From contig DXMG01000003.1 of the NCBI GenBank assembly GCA_019414325.1, positions 28,271 through 92,270 on the forward strand: a stretch of 64,000 nt of DNA, given 5' to 3'. Of the stretch, positions 28,217-36,492 are shown one piece after another; position 1 is the first letter of the stretch, and the number at the start of each line of letters is the position of its first letter. Under the pieces are notes generated by a model. It worked only from the letters and a program-made list of their open reading frames with translations, did no database searches and was not told where the DNA came from. Position numbers and translations under genes: made by a program. This DNA is from Collinsella sp. (GTDB lineage: Bacteria; Actinomycetota; Coriobacteriia; Coriobacteriales; Coriobacteriaceae).

Positions 28217-28918
28217 ATGATCGACATGAATGCTGTTACCGCCGGTACCGAGCTCGACGCGGCGCGTGACGCGGGCCGCGAGGGCATGTCTGCGGGTTGG
28301 TGCGCCTGGAGTGCCGGCGACACATCGTTGGCATTTTCGCTGGTCGTTCGCCCCGACGTGAACATGCACGCCTTCCACGGCCTGCCGTTTGTGGCGGCGA
28401 TGGGCATGATGGACGCGCTTGTGGGCACGACGTCGACGCCGGGCCTGGGCCTTGCCGGCAAGGTTGGTATTCAGTGGCCGAGCGATATTGTGTGCGGCGC
28501 GCCCGCGTTTGAGACGTCGTTTGCACGCGTCGCCAGCAACGGTGGCGCCGGTGCCGCGGGCATGTTCGGTGCCGTGACGGTGGATATTGAGCGCGCGGCG
28601 CTGGGCGAGCTTGGCGTGGATGTGGCTGACGAAGCGCTGGTCGAGGCATTGGCCACCGCCGTGTTGACCCGCGTGGACGCCTGGGCGGTTGTCGCCAACA
28701 CGCCACAGGGTGCTGCCGGTCCGCTGGCTCCCGTGCTGGGCGAGTACTTCGACATGGTGCCGCTGCTCGGCCGCCAAGTTGCGGCGGTGTCGCCCAATGG
28801 CTTGCCGCTTGCGGTCGGCGTGTTTGCGGGCCTGGACATCTGGGGCCGCGCGACCATTAAGACCGACGCCGGCGAGCAGGAGTTTCCGCCCGAGGCCGTG
28901 CGCATTCGCGGGCTGTAA
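28217..28918 (+). CDS. biotin-protein-ligase (BPL/LplA) family-like protein with degenerate active-site loop
   Basis: 233 aa, start abutting the folP-folK stop (TAGATG). The GIQWPSDIV block resembles KWPNDI. REGMSAGW sits where GRGRxGRxW is expected. Confidence 0.4.
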   Translation: MIDMNAVTAGTELDAARDAGREGMSAGWCAWSAGDTSLAFSLVVRPDVNMHAFHGLPFVAAMGMMDALVGTTSTPGLGLAGKVGIQWPSDIVCGAPAFETSFARVASNGGAGAAGMFGAVTVDIERAALGELGVDVADEALVEALATAVLTRVDAWAVVANTPQGAAGPLAPVLGEYFDMVPLLGRQVAAVSPNGLPLAVGVFAGLDIWGRATIKTDAGEQEFPPEAVRIRGL

Positions 28919-29018
28919 CGCGAGGCGCCCGCGCTCAAAGATAACGATGACAACGAAGCCCTCTTCGGCCTGTGCCGGGGAGGGTCTCGCCTATCTGGGG
29001 AATGGGGTTGCCAGCGCT

Positions 29019-29059
29019 CTATTCCTCAAAACTGAAAAATTTTCGTTTTTGAGGAATAG
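29019..29059 (+). repeat. 41-nt AT-rich palindromic hairpin, copy 1
   Basis: CTATTCCTCAAAACTGAAAAATTTTCGTTTTTGAGGAATAG. Confidence 0.9.
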
Positions 29060-29104
29060 AATTAAGCCAGCTCGGCCTTTTGCGAGGTATATTCGTTGCA
29101 GAGC

Positions 29105-29145
29105 CTATTCCTCAAAACTGAAAAATTTTCGTTTTTGAGGAATAG
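29105..29145 (+). repeat. 41-nt AT-rich palindromic hairpin, copy 2
   Basis: Identical to copy 1. Ends 27 nt upstream of the ATPase start. Confidence 0.9.
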
Positions 29146-29171
29146 CGATAAAAGACCGCAGGGAGGCGCCA

Positions 29172-30368
29172 ATGAAACTCATCAATAGAACGTCATACAT
29201 GGACATGTTGACGAGCCTTATTGGCGTGCCGGACATCAAGGTCATAACGGGCATTCGCCGTAGCGGTAAGTCAAAATTGCTCGAGGCCCTCCGCGATTAC
29301 GTGGAGGCAAATCTGTCCAATTCGAATGTCATCCATATCAATTACAACCTCGACGAGTTCGAGGGCCTGCTCGAATATCATGCCCTGCTCGCCTATGTGA
29401 AAGAGCATCGAGTGTCCGACAAGCAAAACTTCCTGCTTATCGACGAGGTTCAGATGTGCGACGGCTTTGAACGCGCGATCAACAGCCTCCATGCATCCGA
29501 GCAGTACGACATCTTCATCACCGGATCGAACGCCTTTTTGCTGTCGAGCGATCTGTCGACGCTCTTTACGGGGCGCACGTTCGAGATCGAGGTTTTCCCA
29601 TTCTCGTTTGAGGAGTATCGCCTCTATAGTGACGAGGGCGAGGTCGATCGCGACTTCGATGAGTACGCGAGAACCGGCGGTATGTCCGGTTCTTACCCTT
29701 ATCCACTGCAGGAGCAGCGCTACCAATATCTCTCCAATGTCTTCAAAACGCTCATCGTGAGGGATATCGTGCAGCGGCATAACGTGAGAAACGAATCGGC
29801 ACTGCTGCGCATTGCCGTTTACATGATGGACAACGTCTCCAACATAACGTCGGCACGCACCATTACAGATGTTTTGAATGCGGATGGGCTAAAGATTACG
29901 AACAAGACGGTCGGCACGTACATGGGGTACCTGTGCGATGCGTTTGCCTTCTATAAAGTTCGTCGGTACGACATTCGCGGCAATAAATACCTTAAGAGCG
30001 GCGAGAAGTATTACCTGGCAGACCACGCGTTCAAATACGCACTGCTTGGTACACGTGATATGGATTGGGGACGCGTATACGAGAACATGGTGGCCATCGA
30101 GCTGCTGCGCCGCGGATACGAGGTATACGTCGGTGTGCTCTATAAAAAGGTAATAGACTTTGTAGCAATCAAGCGAAGCGAGAAGCTCTACATTCAGGTG
30201 AGCGACGACATCAACTCGGATAAGACGTTTGAACGCGAGATTTCGCCACTGCTGAGCATTGGCGATGCGTATCCCAAGATGATTCTTGCCCGCACGCATC
30301 ACGAGGCCACGGATCGCGATGGGGTGCAGATCGTGGACCTGGCGAGGTGGTTGTGCGGCGAGGCTTAG
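29172..30368 (+). CDS. AAA-type ATPase (AAA_14 + DUF4143-like architecture)
   Basis: Walker A GIRRSGKSKL and Walker B FLLIDEVQ. C-terminal block YYLADHAFKYALLG ... ENMVAIELLRRGYEVYVG is typical of this family. Composition looks lower in G+C. Confidence 0.7.
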   Translation: MKLINRTSYMDMLTSLIGVPDIKVITGIRRSGKSKLLEALRDYVEANLSNSNVIHINYNLDEFEGLLEYHALLAYVKEHRVSDKQNFLLIDEVQMCDGFERAINSLHASEQYDIFITGSNAFLLSSDLSTLFTGRTFEIEVFPFSFEEYRLYSDEGEVDRDFDEYARTGGMSGSYPYPLQEQRYQYLSNVFKTLIVRDIVQRHNVRNESALLRIAVYMMDNVSNITSARTITDVLNADGLKITNKTVGTYMGYLCDAFAFYKVRRYDIRGNKYLKSGEKYYLADHAFKYALLGTRDMDWGRVYENMVAIELLRRGYEVYVGVLYKKVIDFVAIKRSEKLYIQVSDDINSDKTFEREISPLLSIGDAYPKMILARTHHEATDRDGVQIVDLARWLCGEA

Positions 30369-30377
30369 CAAAAAAAT

Positions 30378-30420
30378 CCTATTCCTCAAAACTGAAAAAT
30401 TTTCGATTTTGAGGAATAGG
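30378..30420 (+). repeat. 41-nt AT-rich palindromic hairpin, copy 3
   Basis: CCTATTCCTCAAAACTGAAAAATTTTCGATTTTGAGGAATAGG. Starts 10 nt after the ATPase stop. The asymmetric loop has the same orientation as copies 1 and 2. Confidence 0.9.
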
Positions 30421-30454
30421 ATTGGCGGCTGGTTGCTGCGACCTGGCGTTTACT

Positions 30455-31228
30455 CTATCCCAGCTTCTGCATGCGGCGGTAGATTTCGCAGATGCCCTTG
30501 ATGGTGAGTTGCCCGTCGACCACGTCGAAGGCATCGGTCGAATCGGCGACAATGCCGGCGAGACCGCCCGTGGCGATAACGGTGGCGTCCTCGCGGCCCA
30601 GCTCGCGCTTCATGCGCGTGACCAGGCCCTCGGCCATGGCGGCGGCGCCCATCACGGCGCCGACCTTGATGCACTCTTCGGTGTCGCGACCGATGGCGTG
30701 CTCGGGCGCCTCGAGCGGCACGCTGGCGAGCTTGGCGGCTCGGGCGGCAAGCGCGTCCATGGAGATGCGGATGCCCGGCGCGATCGCCCCACCAATGTAA
30801 TAACCGTCCTCATCGATGACGTCGATATTGGTCGCGGTGCCAAAGTCCACCACGATTGCCGGCGCGCCGTAGAAAGTCTCAGCTGCGACGGCGTTGGCGA
30901 CGCGGTCGGCACCTACGGCCTGGGGGCGCGCCGCGCGCAGCTTGGTCACGGCGGCCGTCTGCGGCCCGATGACGATGGCGTCCGCCGCGATGCGGTCGGC
31001 CACGGCGTGCCACTCGCGCGAGAGCTGCGGCACCACGCCCGCAAAGGCGATCGCGTCAACCGCATCGAGCGAGAGGCCGTACATCTTAAAGAAACCCATC
31101 AGGCGCACGTGGATCTCGTCGGCGGTATAGGAGCGGTCGGTGGGCATGCGCCACGACTGCACCAGCTCGTCTCCGTCAAACAGGCCCATGGCCGTCTGCG
31201 TGTTTCCCATATCGATAGCGAGCAGCAT
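30455..31228 (-). CDS. coaX: type III pantothenate kinase
   Basis: Start trimmed from 31483 (that extension would overlap the tRNA) to the ATG at 31228. MLLAIDMGNTQT, VVDFGTATNIDV and IATGGLA motifs. Confidence 0.85.
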   Translation of the reverse strand: MLLAIDMGNTQTAMGLFDGDELVQSWRMPTDRSYTADEIHVRLMGFFKMYGLSLDAVDAIAFAGVVPQLSREWHAVADRIAADAIVIGPQTAAVTKLRAARPQAVGADRVANAVAAETFYGAPAIVVDFGTATNIDVIDEDGYYIGGAIAPGIRISMDALAARAAKLASVPLEAPEHAIGRDTEECIKVGAVMGAAAMAEGLVTRMKRELGREDATVIATGGLAGIVADSTDAFDVVDGQLTIKGICEIYRRMQKLG

Positions 31229-31424
31229 GTCTACTCCCGGTGTCGGCATAAAAGGACGCGCACCATTGTATACGTGCCATCGACGGCGCTCGGCTGTGAT
31301 TCGTTTACGGTGATAAGGGCTGAGAGGTTTAAATATGAAGGAATTATGCTCTACGAGATTTTCCTTGCCGTTTACCGAACTCCCACGTAATATTCTTTCT
31401 TGCGCACATGAGGCGCCCAGACAT

Positions 31425-31501
31425 TGCGGGGTGGAGCAGTCTGGTAGCTCGCCGGGCTCATAACCCGGAGGTCGTAGGTTCAAATCCTGCCCCCGCGACC
31501 A
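31425..31501 (+). tRNA. initiator tRNA-Met (anticodon CAT)
   Basis: 77-nt cloverleaf built by hand: 7-bp acceptor, D arm GAGC/GCTC, anticodon arm CCGGG-CTCATAA-CCCGG with three consecutive G:C pairs, T arm GTAGG-TTCAAAT-CCTGC, encoded CCA. The 1:72 pair is a weak U.G. Long identity with the E. coli tRNA-fMet core. Confidence 0.9.
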
Positions 31502-31510
31502 AGAACTTGC

Positions 31511-31540
31511 AGCTCGTCGGCCTAGCCGGCGAGCTTTTTG
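31511..31540 (+). terminator. intrinsic terminator after tRNA-fMet
   Basis: 10-bp stem AGCTCGTCGG/CCGGCGAGCT, 5-nt loop, then TTTTT. Confidence 0.75.
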
Positions 31541-31581
31541 TTATTCCGGGACCGTGTTTTTCGGTCCAATTCTCAGCCTCT

Positions 31582-31735
31582 CAAACAAAATCTCGATCTG
31601 TAACATCTAGACCCGATTTGGGCGGCTAGGTGTTACAGATTGAGATGTTGAGTTCCCGCCTGGACGGTTTGTCTAAATCTGTAACACGAGGGATGGATTT
31701 TGCCGAGTTGTTGTTACAGATTGAGATTTTGTTGT
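31582..31735 (+). mobile_element. ~155-bp double-hairpin element, unit 1 (CTGTAACA family)
   Basis: Two hairpins (31590-31646 and 31670-31727) with arms ATCTCGATCTGTAACA/TGTTACAGATTGAGAT. Outer TIR CAAACAAAATCTCGATCTGTAACA / TGTTACAGATTGAGATTTTGTTG. Confidence 0.75.
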
Positions 31736-31983
31736 TGCTCTCCTTTATGAGTGAATCTCGACTCTTTTTATTATGTGAGGCGGACGGGCTATCGATAATC
31801 ACGGGCCGGATGGATTGACTTGTCGATTGATAGACTCCAATTGGAAGGAGCTGCGACGACCCTTAACGATCCTTAACTAGAAACAGTGACGTCTTAAAAA
31901 CAATAAAGGGGCCGCTATGTAGGGGCCGTCTATACGATGCCTTTGACTTACACTTCTTTATGGAGCCATGTAAGGAGGCGGCA

Positions 31984-33426
31984 ATGCAGCAACCCATCGC
32001 GACAAACGATGTGATTCTATTTTCCACTCTCAGGGAGAATCAGTACTTCGATCGAAAGAGCGCCCGCAAGGATGACAAGGAGATTGCGAAGCATATTAGT
32101 GCATTCGCCAACTCGGCGGGAGGCAAGCTCGTTATCGGTATCGAGGATAATGGTGAGGTAACGGGCTTCAAGCGTAACGGCGCGCGCGACATTGAGAAAT
32201 TCGAGCGCGCTGCGCTCACGACTTGCACGCCAACCCCTATTGTCCGCAAAGACCGAATCCCCGTGGTCAATTCTTCGGGCGAGGAGGACTTCGTTCTCGT
32301 TTTGGACATCGATGCCTCGACCAACCACTCTGTTGCTCGCGTGAGCGACGGCGAGGTTTTCTTGCGGCAGGACGACAAGAGCGTGAGGCTCAGCCGCGAA
32401 CAGGTATTTGCCCTCGAGTACGATAAGGGGCAGAGAATCTTCGAGGACGAGCTTGTTGAGGATTCCTCCCTAGATGACGTGGACCATGAAGTGCTTGATC
32501 GCTACAAAGGGATTCTTGGAACCGAAGTTTCCGACGAGCAGGTCCTTAGAAGTCGTCGTTTTATGCGTGACGGAAAGCTGACCGTTGCTGGAGCCCTGCT
32601 ATTCGCGCTGGATCCGTCCGCGATGATGCCACAGGCGCGAGTCCGTGTCCTGCGCTACGACGGCGTCAAAATGGAGACGGGCGAGCGTCTCAACATCACG
32701 AAAGAACGAAGCTTCTGTGGGCCGCTGCCTAAGGTGATCCAAGACGCCTACGAACTCATCTCGAGCATGCTCCGCGAATTTCAGTTCCTGGGGCCCGACG
32801 GGAAATTCCAGACCGTGCCTGAGTATCCTGAGTTCGCCTGGTTCGAGGGCTTGGTCAACGCGGTGACACATCGCGACTACTCGTTCCGCGGCGACTACAT
32901 CCGGGTCTCGATGTTCGACGACCGTTTGGAAATCATCAGTCCAGGCGCGCTTCCCAATATCGTGACGCTCGACAACATGAGGACCACTCGTTACTCGCGC
33001 AACCCACGCATCGCGCGCACGCTGGTTGAATTCGGTTGGGTTCGGGAGCTAAACGAGGGCGTCAAGCGCATTTATACCGAGATGCAAAACTCTCTGCTCA
33101 ATGATCCGGTCTACACGGAACCTGATGGGGCAAGGGTTCAGCTAACGCTTGAGAACAATATCGTTGCCAGAACCGTAAGGAGAAGCGAGGCTCTCGAGGA
33201 CAAGGTATCACCGGAGGTGATCGCCTCATTGGGGGAGTATGAGCTCGCCGCCGTCAGGTTGGCCTTTGCGAACGGAAGGGTGACAGCAAGGGAGCTTGCA
33301 GCACACATCGGGAGAAATCGCCGCACAGCAAGCCGGGTGCTTGGTAAGTTAATTGAGGAAGACGGTCTGCTCGAATGGCACGGCTCATCCCATAACGACC
33401 CAAAACAGTTCTACACGATAAGGTAG
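31984..33426 (+). CDS. AlbA_2 (Schlafen-like) domain protein with HATPase_c_4-like domain and C-terminal wHTH
   Basis: ATG at 31984 follows AAGGAGG (the ORF track starts at 31960). ENQYFDRKSARKD ... ISAFANSAGGKLVIGIEDNGEVTGF matches the AlbA_2 pattern. NAVTHRDYSFRGDYIRVSMFDDRLEIISPG matches the HATPase_c_4 pattern. Confidence 0.65.
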   Translation: MQQPIATNDVILFSTLRENQYFDRKSARKDDKEIAKHISAFANSAGGKLVIGIEDNGEVTGFKRNGARDIEKFERAALTTCTPTPIVRKDRIPVVNSSGEEDFVLVLDIDASTNHSVARVSDGEVFLRQDDKSVRLSREQVFALEYDKGQRIFEDELVEDSSLDDVDHEVLDRYKGILGTEVSDEQVLRSRRFMRDGKLTVAGALLFALDPSAMMPQARVRVLRYDGVKMETGERLNITKERSFCGPLPKVIQDAYELISSMLREFQFLGPDGKFQTVPEYPEFAWFEGLVNAVTHRDYSFRGDYIRVSMFDDRLEIISPGALPNIVTLDNMRTTRYSRNPRIARTLVEFGWVRELNEGVKRIYTEMQNSLLNDPVYTEPDGARVQLTLENNIVARTVRRSEALEDKVSPEVIASLGEYELAAVRLAFANGRVTARELAAHIGRNRRTASRVLGKLIEEDGLLEWHGSSHNDPKQFYTIR

Positions 33427-33441
33427 GGTGGTCGATCTATT

Positions 33442-33525
33442 TCGCACCTCTGTCGCAGTAATGTCGCACCTCTGTCGCAGTAATGTCGCACCTCTGTCGC
33501 AGTAATGTCGCACCTCTGTCGCAGT
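33442..33525 (+). repeat. perfect 22-bp tandem repeat, ~3.8 copies
   Basis: Unit TCGCACCTCTGTCGCAGTAATG at 33442, 33464 and 33486, with a partial unit at 33508. Begins 16 nt after the AlbA_2 gene stop. Confidence 0.9.
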
Positions 33526-33562
33526 GGCTTCGATGACGCGTGGATATAGTCCCTCGGCAAAT

Positions 33563-33714
33563 CTCAAACAAAATCTCAATCTGTAACGGGTAGGGGTCAA
33601 AAGCGGGCCTAGATGTTACGGATTGAGATTGTTGAGGATGGGCCGAGGGGAATGTCTTGATCTGTAACACGAGGGACGGATTTTGCCGAGTAGCTGTTAC
33701 AGATTGAGATTTTC
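33563..33714 (+). mobile_element. ~155-bp double-hairpin element, unit 2
   Basis: Hairpins 33572-33630 and 33654-33710. The left end TCTCAAACAAAATCTCAATCTGTAAC nearly matches unit 1. Confidence 0.75.
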
Positions 33715-33720
33715 TGGCAG

Positions 33721-33880
33721 GCGGGTTTGGTTTGTCTCAATCTGTAACAGGTAGGGGTCAAAAGTGGGCCTAGCTGTTACAGATCTAGATTGTTGAGGAT
33801 GGGTTGAGAGGAATGTCTCGATCTGTAACAGGTAGACCCCGGTTTTGCTGAGTAACTGTTACAGATCGAGACAAACCCGC
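33721..33880 (+). mobile_element. ~160-bp double-hairpin element, unit 3
   Basis: Hairpins 33734-33790 and 33815-33872 (the latter a perfect 16-bp stem). Outer TIR GCGGGTTTGGTTTGTCTC ... GAGACAAACCCGC. Confidence 0.75.
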
Positions 33881-34007
33881 TTTTGGGCTCACCCCATCCA
33901 CCCGCCGCCACCTGATATTCGCCGATTTCCGTTGCGCCACTGCGCTCCCATGCCATATCCTCTAGACAACTACGCGGCAACATCGCCGCCGCGCCTATAA
34001 GAGAGGA

Positions 34008-36044
34008 ATGTCCATGACCGCACCTGCATCCAAGCTGCTCCAGCCCATTACGGTTGGCCCCCTTGAGCTCAAGAACCGCATTATGTTCCCGCCGCTGACC
34101 ACCGGCTACGAGGAGCGCGACGGTTCCATCGGCGAGCGTAGCCTGGCCTTTTACGAGCGCCTGGCCCGTGGCGGCGTGAGCTACATCGTTATTGGCGACG
34201 TTGCTCCCGTTATGACCGCAAGCCCCACGCCCAAGTTGGCGACCGACGCCCAGATCCCCACGTTTAAGGCGCTGGCCGACGCCGTTCACAAGCACGGCGC
34301 CAAGGTCGCGCTGCAGCTGTTCCACCCCGAGTACGACGTGCCCGGTGTCGGCCGCATGGTCATGGGTTCCATGGCCGCCGCCAAGGCAGCGCAGGAGGCC
34401 AAGGCCGCCGGCGACGAGGAGACCTTCGCCGCCAAGATGGCCGAGTCCAACGAGATCCGCAAGCAGGCATATGCCAAGCTGCACCACGACATGCAGCACT
34501 TTGTGAACGAGGCGAGCGTAGAGCAGCTCACCCAGATCAAGGAGGCCATCGCTGCCTCGGCCGCCCGCGCGCAGCAGGCCGGCATCGACGCCATCGAGGT
34601 CCACGGCGACCGTCTGGTGGGTTCGCTGTGCTCGGCCATCCTCAACCAGCGCACCGACGAGTACGGTGGCTCGTTCGAGAACCGCGTTCGCTATGCGCTC
34701 GAGGTTGTCGCCGCCATTAAGGAAGCCGCGCCGCAGCTGATGGTGGAGTACAAGCTCCCCGTGATCATGGAGAACCCCGACGGCACGCCGCGCGGCAAGG
34801 GTGGCCTGCAGCCCGACGAGGCCTGCGAGTTCGCCAAGCTGCTCGAGGGCGCGGGCATCGACATGATCCAGGTCGCGCAGGCCAACCACACCGGCAACAT
34901 GGGCGACACCATTCCGCCCATGGGTGCCATGCCCTACAACTGGACGCTGCCGGTGGCCGAGCGCGTCAAGGCCCTGGTCTCCGTGCCGGTGGCCACCGTC
35001 GGCCGTGTTGTTTCGGTCGAGGCCGGCGAGAAGATTCTTGAGGACGGCGCGGCCGACATTATCGCCTATGGCCGCTCGCTCATGTGCGACCCCGACATTG
35101 CGCTGAAGGCCGCCACGGGCGAGCCCATCCGCGAGTGCCTCAACTGCAACAAGGGCTGCGTCGACGCGATTCAAAACCGCAAGTACATCTCGTGCGTGCT
35201 CAATGCCGAGAACGGCGACGAGGCGACCATCGCCATTAAACCGGGTGAGGGCGACAAGAAGATCGCCGTGGTGGGCGGCGGCATCGCCGGCCTGGAGGCC
35301 GCGCGCGTGGCGGCCAAACGCGGCTACGACGTGACCGTCTATGAGGCGAGCGATCACTTGGGCGGCCAGATTGTGCTGGCGGCCGCGCCTCCGCGCAAGG
35401 ATGAGATTATGCGCTCGGTCGAGTATTACGAGAAGATTCTGCCCGGCCTGGGCGTGAAGGTCGAGCTCAACCACACCGCTAGCCCCGCGGACCTCAACGC
35501 CGCCGACGCCGCGATTGTGGCCGTGGGCGCGCACGACGTGGTCATCCCCGTTCCGGGCGCCGACTCGGAGAAGGTCGTCTCGAGCTGGGACGTGCTGGCC
35601 GGCAAGGTGGAGCTTACGGGCCGCGTCGCCGTCATCGGCGGCGGCCTGGTGGGCACCGAGACTGCCGAGTACCTGCTGCAGCACGGCTGCGAGGTGGCGA
35701 TTGTCGAGATGCTCGACAAGATTGCCGCGGGCGAGTCCGAGACCATTCTGCCGCTGATCATGAGCGACTTTGCCGAGCACAACGTGGAGCAGCACGTGAA
35801 GACCCGCCTGACCGCCATTACCGACGAGGGCGTTGAGGCCATTTGCACCACCGAGGACGGCGCCGAGGAGCCGGTGAAGATCGCCTGCGATTACGTGGTG
35901 ATGGCCGTGGGCTCCAAGGCCAACGCGTTTGACCTGGACGGCGTAACGGTGCCCGTGACCTGCGTGGGCGACTGCTCGGGCGAGCGCACCGCCGATATTG
36001 CGAGCGCCATCCGCACGGCGTATCACGCGGCCAACGAGCTGTAG
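34008..36044 (+). CDS. OYE-like FMN / FAD-NAD(P) two-domain oxidoreductase (2-enoate / 2,4-dienoyl-CoA reductase family)
   Basis: N-terminal Oxidored_FMN pattern (LKNRIMFPPLTTGY ... GVSYIVIGDV), Cys cluster CLNCNKGC and C-terminal Rossmann folds IAVVGGGIAGLEAA and VAVIGGGLVGTE. Confidence 0.8.
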   Translation: MSMTAPASKLLQPITVGPLELKNRIMFPPLTTGYEERDGSIGERSLAFYERLARGGVSYIVIGDVAPVMTASPTPKLATDAQIPTFKALADAVHKHGAKVALQLFHPEYDVPGVGRMVMGSMAAAKAAQEAKAAGDEETFAAKMAESNEIRKQAYAKLHHDMQHFVNEASVEQLTQIKEAIAASAARAQQAGIDAIEVHGDRLVGSLCSAILNQRTDEYGGSFENRVRYALEVVAAIKEAAPQLMVEYKLPVIMENPDGTPRGKGGLQPDEACEFAKLLEGAGIDMIQVAQANHTGNMGDTIPPMGAMPYNWTLPVAERVKALVSVPVATVGRVVSVEAGEKILEDGAADIIAYGRSLMCDPDIALKAATGEPIRECLNCNKGCVDAIQNRKYISCVLNAENGDEATIAIKPGEGDKKIAVVGGGIAGLEAARVAAKRGYDVTVYEASDHLGGQIVLAAAPPRKDEIMRSVEYYEKILPGLGVKVELNHTASPADLNAADAAIVAVGAHDVVIPVPGADSEKVVSSWDVLAGKVELTGRVAVIGGGLVGTETAEYLLQHGCEVAIVEMLDKIAAGESETILPLIMSDFAEHNVEQHVKTRLTAITDEGVEAICTTEDGAEEPVKIACDYVVMAVGSKANAFDLDGVTVPVTCVGDCSGERTADIASAIRTAYHAANEL

Positions 36045-36118
36045 CTAACATCGCGGCGGGGCGGGGCGGTAGCACGGATCCGCCGCGCCCGGCTGCGTCC
36101 CGTCGGGTGTCAACCGGT

Positions 36119-36159
36119 GCGGGGCCTGCAAGCGCAGCAGGCCCCGCCCTTTTTGTTTT
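36119..36159 (+). terminator. intrinsic terminator after the oxidoreductase gene
   Basis: 11-bp stem GCGGGGCCTGC/GCAGGCCCCGC, 7-nt loop, then a CCTTTTTGTTTT tail. Confidence 0.8.
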
Positions 36160-36492
36160 GCTCCGGTGGATGGCAATGCGCGGTAATCATGAGGAGTAAG
36201 GACGTCTACTGCCTTGCCGATTGCTCAAAATTATTGGGGGAGGGGTTAATAACTATATCCTCTATGCCAAAGGACATAAAGAGATGTCAATTTTGTTGAC
36301 AAGCGAATGACGATTAGCTGCGAGCCAGCTACCAGCGTAAATAATCGATAAAGAAATGTCGTAAATTGGTGCCAAATGCCCAGATGCCGCCGTGCGATTT
36401 TCAATTAACTGTTACGCGCAAACAGCAAAATGCTACTATCTAACATGCACGTAAGAAAGCAGATTAACGGTTAAGGCTAAGAAGTGGCAGGT

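Noticed and set aside
26321-28777. Very long antisense ORFs: 26321..28777 minus, 2925..4661 minus, 33777..36026 minus, 46094..49120 minus, 53307..55529 minus, 38794..40569 minus and others
   Set aside because: They lie opposite genes with clear family motifs. Their translations are Arg/Ala/Gly/His-rich low-complexity sequence typical of stop-poor antisense frames in high-G+C DNA, with no recognisable motifs.
31408-31629. ORF 31408..31629 (+) and the N-terminal extension of ORF 30455..31483 (-)
   Set aside because: Both overlap the tRNA-fMet gene. coaX has a canonical MLLAIDMGNT start at 31228, so the extension and the plus-strand ORF are spurious.
33437-33880. Possible CRISPR array (regularly spaced repeats after the AlbA_2 gene)
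   Set aside because: The 22-bp units are directly abutting, with no spacers. The CTGTAACA repeats alternate in orientation to form hairpins. The intervening 'spacers' are themselves conserved in two alternating loop types. No cas genes or leader are present.
31502-33900. Integrated prophage or ICE at the tRNA
   Set aside because: There is no integrase, no duplicated tRNA 3' segment acting as attR, and no phage or conjugation genes. The interval holds only one gene plus repeats.
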